Shown: positions 13,440 to 26,756, counted from the stretch's first letter. The stretch: DNA of 64,000 nt from Eledone cirrhosa (GCA_964016885.1 OZ024743.1:84320001-84384000); one strand, 5' to 3'. Translations and numbers: made by a program. The notes: a model not told the origin generated them from the letters alone.

Positions 13440-14575
13440 TTATAGTGGAAGTGATGTACTACATAACACTATAAAGAACCTACCATACTATAGGGAGGTA
13501 GTATCAGATATACTACACAACACTATATAGAACGTACCATACTATAGAGAGGCAGTGTTAGATATACTACACAACACTACATAGAAAGTACCATACTATA
13601 CAACATTATATAGAACCTACAATACCTTAGCGAGGTGGTGTTAGATATACTACACAACACTACAGTACAACAAACTATAGAGAAGCAATGTTAGATATAA
13701 CACAGCACTATATAAAACCTTATAGTACACCACACTACATAGAAGTCACCATACTATAGAGAAGCAGTGATAGATAAACTACACAGCACCACATAGAACC
13801 TTATAGTACACTACACTACATAGAAGTCACCATACTATAGAGAAGCAGTGATAGATAAACTACACAGCACTACATAGAACCTTATAGTACACTACACTAC
13901 ATAGAAGTCACCATACTATAGAGGCAGTGATAGATAAACTACACAGCACTACATAGAACCTTATAGTACACTACACTACATAGAAGTCACCATACTATAG
14001 AGAAGCAGTGATAGATAAACTACACAGCACTACATAGAACCTTATAGTACACCACACTACATAGAAGTCACCATACTATAGAGAAGCAGTGATAGATAAA
14101 CTACACAGCACTACATAGAACCTTATAGTACACCACACTACATAGAAGTCACCATACTATAGAGGGGCAGTGATAGATAAACTACACAGCACTACATAGA
14201 ACCTTATAGTACACTACACTACATAGAAGTCACCATACTATAGAGGCAGTGATAGATAAACTACACAGCACTACATAGAACCTTATAGTACACTACACTA
14301 CATAGAAGTCACCATACTATAGAGAGGCAGTGATAGATAAACTACACAGCACTACATAGAACCTTATAGTACACCACACTACATAGAAGTCACCATACTA
14401 TAGAGAAGCAGTGATAGATAAACTACACAGCACTACATAGAACCTTATAGTACACTACACTACATAGAAGTCACCATACTATAGAGAGGCAGTGATAGAT
14501 AAACTACACAGCACTACATAGAACCTTATAGTACACCACACTACATAGAAGTCACCATACTATAGAGGCAGTGAT
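13440..14575. repeat. Minisatellite: diverged 54-bp units grading into homogeneous 79-81-bp units
   Basis: agaagtcacc at 13741 and 13822 gives a period of 81. The array continues at 14939-15270. Confidence 0.92.
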
Positions 14576-14590
14576 AAACTATACAATAAT

Positions 14591-14779
14591 TGTTTCTACT
14601 TTTAGGCACAAGGCCAGCAATTACCCAGTGCATTACTGGTACTTTATTTTATCGACCCCGTAAGGATGAAAGGCAAAGTCAACCTCGGCGGGATTTGAAC
14701 TCAGATCGTAAAGGGACGTAACTATGCTGGAAAGCATGGCGTCCGACCCTCTACCGATACTGCCAATCCACCGCCCTAT
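14591..14779 (-). mobile_element. tRNA-like SINE (family 2) with a 16-bp TSD; duplicated at 15286-15474
   Basis: TSD taaactatacaataat at 14575-14590 and 14780-14795. B box gagttcaaatccc; central motif gcctttcatccttacggggtcgataaaataaagtaccag. Confidence 0.85.
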
Positions 14780-17700
14780 TAAACTATACAATAATACATA
14801 GAACCTTGTAGTGTAGAACCACAGTACTACACAATTGTGTTATATCTGTACATTCTGATAATGAGATGAAATAACAGTGTTACTACCTGGAATAGTGAGA
14901 TAGAGATAGCTAGGGGAGATAGTGGAGGGGCCTTATAGAGGCAGTGATAGATAAACTACACAGCACTACATAGAACCTTATAGTACACTACACTACATAG
15001 AAGTCACCATACTATAAAGAGGCAGTGATAGATAAACTACACAGCACTACATAGAACCTTATAGTACACCACACTACATAGAAGTCACCATACTATAGAG
15101 AAGCAGTGATAGATAAACTACACAGCACTACATAGAACCTTATAGTACACTACACTACATAGAAGTCACCATACTATAGAGAGGCAGTGATAGATAAACT
15201 ACACAGCACTACATAGAACCTTATAGTACACCACACTACATAGAAGTCACCATACTATAGAGGCAGTGATAAACTATACAATAATTGTTTCTACTTTTAG
15301 GCACAAGGCCAGCAATTACCCAGTGCATTACTGGTACTTTATTTTATCGACCCCGTAAGGATGAAAGGCAAAGTCAACCTCGGCGGGATTTGAACTCAGA
15401 TCGTAAAGGGACGTAACTATGCTGGAAAGCATGGCGTCCGACCTTCTACCGATACTGCCAATCCACCGCCCTATTAAACTATACAATAATACATAGAACC
15501 TTGTAGTGTAGAACCACAGTACTACACAATTGTGTTATATCTGTACATTCTGATAATGAGATGAAATAAGTGTTACTACCTGGAATAGTGAGATAGAGAT
15601 AGCTAGGGGAGATAGTGGAGGGGCCTTATAGTATTGGTCTTTTATTAGAACATACTAACTAGGCCTTAACATGATAGAAGAAAATATGAGAGAGGAGTGA
15701 GAGAAGAGTGAAGAGTGAGAGGGAGTGAAGAGTGAGAGAGGGAGTGAAGAGTGAGAGAGGGAGTGAAGAGTGAGAGAAGGAGAGAAGGAGTGAGAGAAGG
15801 AGAGAAGGAATGAGAGAAGGGATGAGGAGAGAGAGGGAGTGAAGGAGGGGTGTGGAGTGAGAGAGGTGGAGGTGTGGAATTCTTGTCTAAGCTGATATTA
15901 TTTTAAAGAATGTAGGAACCATTTTTTTTATTACTCAAATGACAAAGTGAACCTACATCTGTGAGAAGTGCTCTCTTTCTCTCTCTCTTGGTCTGTCTGT
16001 CTCTCTCACTCTGTCTCCCCGCCTCTCTCATCTTATAGGTCTCTTTCTATCTTGCCTTAAAGGTCTCTCTCTCTTGTCTTATCAGTTTCTTTTTTTCTCT
16101 CTCTCTCTCTCTCTGTATCAAACAAAAATTATAACCAGATGTTTGGTTAAACCATTCTTCAACTGTTACAGTGGAACATTTCATGCTAAACTCACTCACT
16201 GGATGGTGATGGTGGTGGTAGTAGTAGTTCTAGTTAGCAATTGAAAGAACCCTAGCAAATTATTACAGTAGATACGTCTGATTAAACTAAACTGAACCCT
16301 TTTAATACCAACCTGGCCAAAACTGCTCATTTTAAAGGGTTCCTATTTAAATGAAAACCTTCCAACATAATTTTACATAAAAACGTTTGGTTAAAATATG
16401 ATACTAATAATATCTTAATAATGAAACAAATAATCTTAGTAAATCCCTCTAAATTCTACATTAATCTTAATAAGAGTTACTAATTTAGGCACAAGACCAG
16501 CATTTTAAAATCAACACCAGTAATTAACCAGTACTTAATTTTATCCACCTTGAAAGAACAATAAAAGCCAAAAGAAATAACGCAAAGCATTTTGTATGAT
16601 GCTTTATCTTAAGTTTGTGTGGCAGAGTTAACTTTAGGTAGAAGAATTAACTTTGGATGGTAGACTTAATACTTAAGTGGTATAATACACTTTGATCATG
16701 ATCACCATTTAACGTCCAGTTTTCTGCGCTAGCATGAGTTAGACAAGTTGTCCTGTTGTAAGATATGTCACATCAGATTACCATGTCTTGCTCATACAGA
16801 ACTGTTTCTGGCTTGGTTTCTACAGCTGGATCCCCTTCCTAATGCCAACCACATTTCCAGTGTGTACTGGATGCTTTTTGTCATGACACCTACATGACCA
16901 CTTTACAGTGTCAGCTGGGTACTTTTTGCTGTGTCATCATCATCACAACCACTTCACACTATGGGCTGGGCGCGCTTTGTTGTGACACCTACACAACATA
17001 TCGTGTGTATTACATTGGGATATATTATGTATAATATACTGGAATATATGTATAATATAATATATACATCCGGTCATAGAAACCAAACCAAAATCAATAT
17101 GTATGAGGAAGACACGGCCATCTGACCTGGCTTGTTTAGACGAATTGTCCAAATGTGGTAAAATGGACGTTAAACGGGGATGATGATGATACTGGAATAT
17201 ATTATCATCTTCCAGGCCAAGAACAGAGCACACTAACAAGAAGTGGTCACCTGACTTGCCTAGTCTCATAACAACCCATCCAACCCATGCAAGCATGGAA
17301 AATAGACAAACTATGATGATGGTATCCATTGGAGTATATCACTAATAAGTCACTGCTTAGATCTCTAGAAATGTCTTTGATGTGTTGACATAAAGACTGA
17401 TATTTTCTGATGTCTTCAATGTTATATAATGCAGCAGCTTCTGATATTGTGTCTGTGAAGAGAGTGATGTCATCACATTGTCAGCATCTGTTACTGTTGT
17501 AGCAGGGTGGTGATGGGAGGTACATTTTCTTCAAGTTAAGGATGTAGTCCAGACAAGCAATATACTATGTATAATAAATTGAAATCATCATCAACATCAC
17601 CATCACCATTTTACATCCATTATCTATGCTGGCATGGGTTGGATGAGTTGTCATGTTCTGAGACAAGACAGGTCAGATGACCATGTCATGCTCATACATT

Positions 17701-17815
17701 CCAGTTTGGCATGATTTCGACACATCGATTCCCTTCCTTAGGTCAGCTAATATATGTATAATATATTGAGATATTATTGTCATCATTTAATGCCCGTTTC
17801 TCTAGCATAAAATGA

Positions 17816-17877
<62 letters not shown>

Positions 17878-18537
17878 CAAACACCCAGCACATACTGTTG
17901 ACATTAGAAAGAGCATTCAGCTAAAGAAACCAAGCCAGAAACAGTTCTGTATGAATAAGACATGGTCACCTGACCTGCCTCAAATGGGACAACTGATCTA
18001 ACGCATGCTCATGTGGAAAATAGACTTTAAACAATAATGATGATATATATATTCCGGTATATTATACATAGTATATCCCTTGCCTGGGCTACGTCCTTTG
18101 CACTTTAACTGATAAAATTAGAGATTTTAGCTTCACTCTAAGAAAATCCACCCCCTCACCACCCAGCCACAACAATAACAGATGCTGACGATGTTAATGA
18201 CATCATTCTTCTCAGGTACCATAATGTATAATATACTAGAATATATATCCGATATAGGTTACACTGGGAAATCCTAGCTAAAGCTAGATCGTATAATGGA
18301 AACAAAAGATAATGTGATCTTTACACTGCTGAAGCCTTGGAAATACTCTACACCAACAATCAAATCATAAACAAAGAATCTGAAGCAATTTCGGCTTGTA
18401 AACACAAATTGTTCAAAACTTTCTTGTATTACTGCCCTACATTATATCCTAATGGATAGTAAGTACAGACAATATGCAGATAATATACATCATGATGTGG
18501 TAGCTAAGAACATGCTATCTTTATACCATTATTTATA

Positions 18538-18900
18538 GGGTGGTGGATTGGCTGTATCGGTAGAAGGTCGGACGCCATGCTTTGCAACAAAGAGTTACGG
18601 CCCTTTGGGATCTGAGTTCAAATCCCACTTTACGGGGTCGTTAAAATAAAGTACCAGTAATACACTGGGATAATTGCTGGCCTTGTGCTAAAAGTAGAAA
18701 CAATTATTTATAGGGTGGTGAATTGGCAGTATTGGTAGAGGGTTGGACGCCAAGCTTTCTAGCATAGTTACGTCCCTTTACAGTCTGAGTTCAAATTCCG
18801 TCGAGGTTAACTTTGCCTTTCATCCTTACGGGGTTGATAAAATAAAGTACCAGTAATGTACTGGGTAATTGTTGGCCTTGTGCCAAAAGTAGAAACAATT
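18538..18900 (+). mobile_element. Two tandem family-2 SINEs
   Basis: gggtggtggattggc...gagttcaaat...gtagaaacaatt occurs twice, separated and flanked by attatttata. Confidence 0.85.
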
Positions 18901-19159
18901 ATTTATAAGTTTATGTATGTACACTTTATCCGTAGGTTTGTGTCTGTGTGAATATATTTATATATATATATATGTTGTGTGTTTACATGTATGTGTATAG
19001 GTGTATTTATGCACCTATACACATACATGTGTGTATGTGCACGCGCTTACTGAACATCTACGAGTGTGTATATACGTATATACATGAGTGTGCATATATT
19101 AGATGCGTATATGTGCGTGCGTATATATGTGTGTGTGTATATATATATATATACATGTG

Positions 19160-19190
<31 letters not shown>

Positions 19191-19195
19191 ATGTA

Positions 19196-19232
<37 letters not shown>

Positions 19233-19365
19233 GTATGTATTTGTGTAAGCATATGCAAACGCATGGGCGCTAACACGTGTACATGTACATAAGCACACTT
19301 GTATATGCATGAGCCTAAATCATATAACAATACTTTTAATATTCTCACCATTATTTCATTTTACT

Positions 19366-20340
19366 ATTATAATAATAATAATAATGAAATTATTGTGTAC
19401 AGTGCTCAGGTGCACTACAACTCATCAAAGGTGCATGTATAGTACATAGAATAATGTACAAATGTCAGGAAAATAAACAGTGTATGAGTCATGATATAAT
19501 AACAATAACAATAATGAAATATTGTGTACAGTGCCCAGGTGCACCACAACTCATCAAAAAAGTGCATGTACAGTACATAGGGCAATGCACAAACATCAGT
19601 AAAATGAACAGTGCACGAGTCATGATACACACATGTGTGCATGTGTATGGAAGGGGTACATCAGGTGTAGTTTTGGCGTGTTTCGGGAAGCATGAGTGTC
19701 TTAAAGGATGCAGTGTCTCGGCAGCTAACAATTGACGCAGGCAGTTTGTTCCATGCTTCAGCAACTCTGAGCGTGAAAAAATGTCTGCGAAAGTCATGGG
19801 AGCTGTGCTGTTTTCTTATCTTGTAGGCATGTCCACGTGTGTTAGACACATGGAGATCAAAGAGGCGCTCAGGGTTGCAGTTGGCGAGATGGTTAAAAAC
19901 TTTGTGGGTATTCACCAAGTCCATTGCTAGACGTCGGAGCTTCAATGAATCCATGCCCAGGGAAGCAAGGCGTTCAGAGTATGGTAGGTGTCTGATGGAG
20001 GGTATGCGCTTGGTTGCACGTCTCTGAACAGTTTCCAGGAGGTCAATGTTCCGAGCAAGATAGGGGTTCCAGACTGATGATGCGAATTCCAAGTGTGGTC
20101 GTACCATAGCTGTACACAGCTTTAAATAGATGGCTGGAGAGCGGCTAACAAAGGTCTTGCTGAGTGATGCCAAGATACCCTCGGCCTTCTTGACAATCTT
20201 AGAGACATGCTTTGTCCAACGCAAATCGTTGCTGACAGTAATGCCCAGGTCACGTTCACAAGAGGACTTTTTGATGTCAGTGTTGTGGAGGGAGTATGTG
20301 GACGCTGGATTTTTCCTTCCAAAATGCATGGTGGTACACT
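19366..20340 (-). mobile_element. 5'-truncated CR1-clade LINE: open ORF2 C-terminus, 3' UTR, (ATT)n tail; tail fragments also at 3057-3150 and 46522-46568
   Basis: ORF 19661-20356 contains KCTTMHFG, ERDLGITVS, VRPHLEFASSVWNPY, LETVQRRATK and RRHFFTLRVAEAWNKLP, typical of the CR1 ORF2 end. Confidence 0.9.
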
Positions 20341-20788
20341 TAATGACTTCAGTCATTTTCGCTTAATCATTTTATTTACATTATTCTCAAAATCCATAGC
20401 TGGAAATCATTCGGTTATTCTAAATAGAATATTAGTCTACTGATTTTTTTTCATGTTTTTCTTTACAAGAAATTGTTCTTCCACATAATGACGTAATTAT
20501 CATCGCATATTTTTCGTCCATCGGCAGAGAACGTCTTCAAGAACTAACATATCATCTTCCCGTTTTCCTTCGGTTGTAACGTTTTTTTAAATATTTAATT
20601 TCTGCGTCTACAGATTGATTTTCCTTAGTTTCAGAAGATCCCGTAAAAGAGTGAAAGCAGCGATTCTTTGCTTAAACTTTAATCTGTACATATAATAAAT
20701 ATTTGTTCTATGGGTTTATTTATATATATATATATATATAATCCTTATCGGGCCCTCTTCGGATTTAAGTCTTCACATTTATTATTAC

Positions 20789-20866
<78 letters not shown>

Positions 20867-20909
20867 TATTAAAGAAGAATTCTGTAATAAACTACTCAAA
20901 TTTCGCTGT

Positions 20910-21165
20910 AATTTTACAGCTGGGAAGACCCTATTCTCTCTTACCTATCCCATGCCCCCTCCCCTGCTTAACTTTAGCTACCCCTACATCTGGGAAGTCA
21001 CTATTCTAACCTACTTACCTACCCCCTGATATACTTTAGCTACCCCCAAATCTGGGAAGTCATTATTCTATCCTACCTACACTCTGAGTTTTTTTTAGCT
21101 ACCTATACAGCTAGGAAGACTTTACCTAACTACCTAACCCTGCTTTACTTTAGCTACCCCCTCCT
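20910..21165. repeat. Degenerate minisatellite, about 55-60 bp x 4
   Basis: tttagctaccc...tgggaagtca...ctacct is repeated. Confidence 0.7.
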
Positions 21166-21647
21166 TTTTTATATAGGGATGAATGTCCTGAACTCCCCAG
21201 AATAGAAGCAAGAACCCTGAAAAGCTTTCCACAACAGCCACAATAAATGTTATATATATATATAATCTCATTTGCTTTTCCCTACTGGCATGGATTAGGA
21301 ATATATGTATATGTGTGTGTGTGTGTGTATGTATGTATATACATATAGACTTATTTTCATACTTTTCTCATTTTCCATGATTTTTTTATATACATATATA
21401 TGAACATACATACTACACACACACATATAAACGCACATATAAACACACACACCTGGATAAGCTGTTACTAATTAAAGACTAGTAAAACTATTATTTAACT
21501 TAGTTCGCCATACTTTTTAATGTTAGTTGAGAGTAGATACTGTTTTTATATATGTAAGCTCAAAAGCAAAGCTTAAAATGTTTCATTAGTTGAATGGCTT
21601 CAGCAGGCTTATATAAAATAAATAATATACATTATTTATGTATATAG

Positions 21648-21833
21648 GGCGGTGGATTGGCAGTATTGGGAGAGGGTCGGACGCCATGATTTGACGTATA
21701 GAGTTACGGCCCTTGCCATTCTGAGTTCAAATCCCGCCGAAGTTAACTTTGCCTTTCATCCTTACGGGGTCGATAAAATAAAGTACCAGTAATGCACTGG
21801 GTAATTGCTGGCCTTGTGCCTAACGTAGAAACA
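21648..21833 (+). mobile_element. Family-2 SINE with a 17-bp TSD, directly upstream of older relatives (21850-22220)
   Basis: TSD attatttatgtatatag at 21631-21647 and 21834-21850. Confidence 0.85.
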
Positions 21834-22347
21834 ATTATTTATGTATATAGGCGGCAAATTGACAGTGTCATTAGAACGTTGGATAGAATGCTTTATGGTA
21901 TTCGGTCCAGCCCTTTGCTCTCTGTTCAGATCCTATTGAGGTCAATTTTACCTTTCATCTTTTCGAGATCAATAAAAAGAAAAGTACCAGTCTAGAACTG
22001 GGGTTGATTCTTCCTTTATAATCTCTTTATCACTTCCCCTGTCTATACACACAAAGCAGAGAATTGGTAGAGTTGTTAGAATGTCAGAGAGAATGTTTGC
22101 AATATTTGTTCTGGTTCTCTGGTCTCTGACAATTCAAATTCTGCCATGGTCAACTTTGCTTTTCATCCTTTCGAGGTAGATAAATAAAGTACCAGTCCAG
22201 TACTGGGGGCGATTCTTTCTCTCTTTCTCACTCCTTCTTTCACTGGAAGAAATCAGCTATGTTCTGAGAGATGAAGTTAAACACCAAAGACATACTATAT
22301 ATCACTACAATGCCCTACAATCCAATCAGGGGTTAAAGACTCATGAA

Positions 22348-22400
<53 letters not shown>

Positions 22401-22767
22401 CATCATCATCATCATCATCATCATTTTACGTCTGCTTTTCCCTGCTTGCAAATGTATATATTATCATTTAACTTCCGTTCTCCCAGTTAGGAGGAAGTAT
22501 AGATGGATAGCTAGACAGCTAGCTAGCTAGCTAGCTAGATAGATAGATAGATAGGACTAAAATGGAATGTATGAGCAATGGCTTTGAAACCTAGCAGGGA
22601 CCATAATGGCCGGTCAACCCAATGGAAAAATAAACGTACAACAATGATGATGATAATATCATTATCATCTTCATTTTACAACTGCTTTTCCATCCTTGCA
22701 TAGGTTGGATGGTCCTTTTCAGCAGAGCATCTCTCCACTAGTTGCAATCCTTTATCATCTCTACTGT

Positions 22768-23175
22768 GAGGCACATGGCTTACTGGTTAGAGCATTGGCC
22801 TTGCAATCGAAAGGTTGTGAGTTAATTTCTCAGACCGGGTGATGTGTTGTTTCTTTGAGCAAGACACTTTATTTCACATTGCTCCAGTTTACTCAGCTGT
22901 AAAAATGAGATGATAGGACTGGGGTCCCTACCATTCCACTGCAAAGTGATCGTGGAGGTGCCACGGCAAAAAAAAAAAAAAAAAAAAAAGCACCCAGCCC
23001 ACACTGTAAAGTGGATGTGTAGGCGCCACAGAAAAAAAAAGCACCCAGCACTCACTGTAAATGAGGTTGGTGTTAGGAAGGGCATCCAGCTGTAGAAATC
23101 AAGCCAGAATTAGTTCCCGTCCCACCCTTGCAAGCAGGGAAAAGCGGACGTAAAATGATGATGATGATGATGATG
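22768..23175 (+). mobile_element. Full-length CORE-Ceph-RTE-tail SINE with an extra Ceph sub-repeat
   Basis: Collinear with 9489-9825; gccac...aaaaagcacccag..cactgtaaa is present twice. Confidence 0.85.
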
Positions 23176-24286
23176 TGAGCTTCAGCAATTTGAGATCACC
23201 TCTCATAACTTCCATGTTTACCCCAGTTTTTAGAATAAGTACACAGCATCCCTGTATGTTGTAAGTGGGGGCTAAAAAGTGTAAAACATCAGGAAGGGAA
23301 CCTGACCATAAAAAACTGCCTCAAAAACTCCTGTCCAACCCATTACAACAAGGATATAAAAATGTTTGTGTGTGGATGTGACTGTGTATGTGTGCGTGTG
23401 ACTGTGTATGTATGCACATGAATGCGTCTGTGTATGATTTCCTGCACCCCCTTCTAAGAAACACATTTTCTTCCACCCCCTTCTTATTTATTACTATCTG
23501 TAAATATGTTCTGTATGTTTGTGTACACATGTGTACACATATGTGTATCTATAAACATGTACACATATGTGTAGAGATATGTACACATATGTGTATGTAT
23601 AAGCATGTACATATATGTGTACAAATATGTATATGTATAAGCATGTCCAAGTATATGTACACATGTATGTAGGAGTTCACATGTGTATTTGTGTATAAAT
23701 ATTTACATATCTGTGCATATATGTTTTATGCATTTACATTTGCATATGTTTGTATATATAAGTTTATGTAAGAGTGTATATATGTTTATATGCATATATA
23801 TACACATGAGTATCTTGGACTATATACATTTATGTATAAGTGCATATATGCATTTACATATGTTTGTGTATATACATTTATGCATACATGTTTATATACA
23901 TTTACAAATGTTTGTGTATATGCATTTATGCATGTGTGTATACATGTTTATAAGCATTTACATATGCATGTGTATATACATGTTTATATATATTTACATA
24001 TGTTTAGATAATGCTTAAGTAAGCATGAATGTATTTGTAGATTGTGTGTGTGTACATGTAGTAGTATATATGCATATGCTTAGATATGGGTATATTATGA
24101 ATAATCAATCTGTATATATCTATAGATTCTAATCAACACTGTATGTACAGACAGATGTAAACACCTTATGGGTATATACAATACCTTGGTAGACAGAAAA
24201 ATAGGGATTTTATCAGTAACTGAGTACCATCTTTAATTGTCCACAAAAGCACAGCTTATAAATTCATTATAACTATATATATATAT

Positions 24287-24548
24287 GATGGCTGCCCCCT
24301 CGTTATCGAGTATGGTCATTGCACGATATAACATTATTAATAATTATCAATTAAGCTATCGTGCAATGCCTGTGCGTGAAGATTTTTTTTTAAAGTGAGG
24401 AAAGACTGTGCACTGAGCCAATCCCACTCTCTGAGCGACAGTAGCTATAACCCGAACAGAAGAAAAGATCAACATCATCGGTAACTACTGAGCCGCAGGT
24501 TTTATGTCGGAGTTATTCCAGTTTCCTGAGTTGCCTTCTCCTAGAAGT
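24287..24548 (-). mobile_element. Short RTE-derived non-autonomous element in a (TA)n tract
   Basis: Minus strand has ctaggagaaggcaactc (RTE 5'-UTR-like) and ends ctcgataacgagggggcagccatca (RTE 3'-like). Internal hairpin cattgcacgata/tatcgtgcaatg. Family recognised from memory only. Confidence 0.45.
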
Positions 24549-24783
24549 ATATATATATATATATATACACACACATACGCACACTGTAAATGTGGTTGGT
24601 GTTAGGAAGGGCATCCAGCTGTAAAAAACCCACCCAAAATACAATTCCATTTGAGCAAGGTACTGCACGGTCAACTGACCAGACTTTTATATCATAACGT
24701 GGAGGACCCATCTAACCCATGCAAAAGTGAGAAAATAGACATTAAATGGTAATGATGATGATATAAATATATATATATATATA

Positions 24784-24902
24784 AATTACAACTATATCAC
24801 GCTGAAAACACCGGATCTCATCCGATCACCGAAGTTAAGCAATGTTGAGCCGAGTTAGTACTTAGATGGGTGACCGCTTGAGAAACCTAGTTGCTGTAAG
24901 CA
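24784..24902 (+). pseudogene. 5S rRNA retro-copy (near full length, mutated)
   Basis: tatcacgctgaaaacaccggatctcatccgatcaccgaagttaagc...gttagtacttagatgggtgaccgcttgagaaacc...gtaagca aligns end to end with animal 5S. It shows CpG-type changes and a G>A in box C, and is followed by a T-tract. Confidence 0.9.
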
Positions 24903-25150
24903 TTTCCTTTTTTCCGTCTAAACCATGCTAGCATGGAAAATGGACGTTAAACGGTGATGATGATGATGATATATGTATATGCATGTGTATATGCTGACAT
25001 AGGTGAGACAGGTGATCACAGACAAAGTCAGTATTTTGTTAGATCTATTGTCCTCCCAAATGGGTTGGGGAGGGGGCTCACTTCAATTATATAGCTTCTG
25101 ATGTTGGCACAGTTTCTACAATTGGATGCTCTTCCTATCACCATAGATGC

Positions 25151-25187
<37 letters not shown>

Positions 25188-25808
25188 GTGTGTGCATTCA
25201 TCATCATCATCTTCGTTTAACGTCCATCTTCCATGCGAGCATGAGTTATATAGATATATGTATGTGAGCACAATGTGTGTGTGCATGTTTATGTATTTGT
25301 GTGTGAGAATGTGAAATGCTTTAACATAAAAATGTATGTATATATATACATGTGTGTATGCATGTGTATATGTGTGTGTGCATGCCCATATAATCCCTAC
25401 TACATCCGACATACCCTCAGCACCACTACCACCACCACCACCGCCACCATCATCATCATCTACAGTAGCTGTAAGAACTGGTAACTGCATCTGTCCCTTC
25501 CCTCTTACACAGTTCTCTTATTATAACAGTAGATACACACATACACCCATAAATACATACATACACACATATATACATACACCAATCCATACACATACAT
25601 ACACCCATACATAGTTAAGATGTTACTAATTAAAGTCTATTAAGACCATTATACAACTTACTACTCCATACTTTAATGTAAGTAATGTGGAAGTAATATT
25701 TATTAGATGTAAGCTCGAAGGTCAAGCCTAAACCTTTCCATTGGTTGAAGTAGTTTCAGCTAGACTTTTGGGCTTATATGTAATAAATAGAATACATATA
25801 CATGTATA

Positions 25809-25854
<46 letters not shown>

Positions 25855-26046
25855 TATATTAAACATTATATACTCAACTATGTATTGAGTATTTGTTCAT
25901 GTAAAATAAAGTTATTATTAGATTCTCCAACTGCTGTATCAATATGAATTACTTACAATAAAATTTCACAGGAGATAGATTAGCAAAATTTAATAAGCAG
26001 GAAGGGGAGAGGGTGATTATTCAAGGCCTGAGAATATATTTAATAA

Positions 26047-26133
26047 AGAAATGGCTTCTACATGATTAGAACTGCTTCATTCCTGATGATTTCATATAAA
26101 TGAAACAGTTCTAGTCCTGTAGAAGCCATTTCT
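26047..26133. repeat. Small fold-back element with a hammerhead core; relatives at 28163-28268 and 59671-59730
   Basis: Arms gaaatggcttctaca..tagaactgcttcatt / aatgaaacagttcta..tgtagaagccatttc. CTGATGA at 26083 and GAAA at 26102. Confidence 0.7.
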
Positions 26134-26273
26134 ATATTAAATAATGATGTTTACGCTCTACTAACATGTTGAGTCCCTTTTTAACTGTGGTTACATATAT
26201 TTATATATCTACATACTCTTTTACCTGTTCCAGCCATCCGGCTGAGGCCATGCTGGGGCACTGCCCTTATATT

Positions 26274-26314
<41 letters not shown>

Positions 26315-26317
<3 letters not shown>

Positions 26318-26658
26318 CCAAATATACACCCCCATCTCACTCCCACCACCTTTTCTCTGTAAAGTTATGTTGATACCACAACATCCAGTCCAAAATAAAT
26401 GAGGTTGTGTAGGTTTCACGACAAAAAAACCCCACACAGTCTACGCTGTAATGTGGCCGTTTAGGTAACACGGTAAAAACCTCCCAGTCCACACTGTAAA
26501 CGTGGTTGGTGTTAGGAAGGGCATCCAGCCGTAGAAAACCTGCCAGACAGTCCTATATAAGCGAGACATGGTCACCCGACCAATCTTGCCTCAAGTAGGA
26601 CAATTCCTGTCTAAACCCATGCTAGCATGGAAGATAGACGTTAAATGATGGTGATGAT
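26315..26658 (+). mobile_element. 5'-truncated RTE-B 3' UTR copy
   Basis: Collinear with 55500-55845; starts right after (AT)n. Confidence 0.8.
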
Positions 26659-26659
26659 A

Positions 26660-26756
26660 TAAGGAAAAGAAATCGAAAATGCAACTGGAGTCTTTTTAAG
26701 AATATTTTAAATATTCTTAAAAAGACTACAGTTACATTTTCAATTTCTTTTTCTTA
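26660..26756. repeat. Hairpin of about 95 bp; a deleted relative lies at 8466-8545
   Basis: agtctttttaagaatatt..aatattcttaaaaagact core with longer imperfect arms. Confidence 0.75.

Noticed and set aside
24784-24902. Functional 5S rRNA gene
   Set aside because: Altered 5' end, several transitions including one in box C, a solitary copy, and fusion to a retroelement tail.
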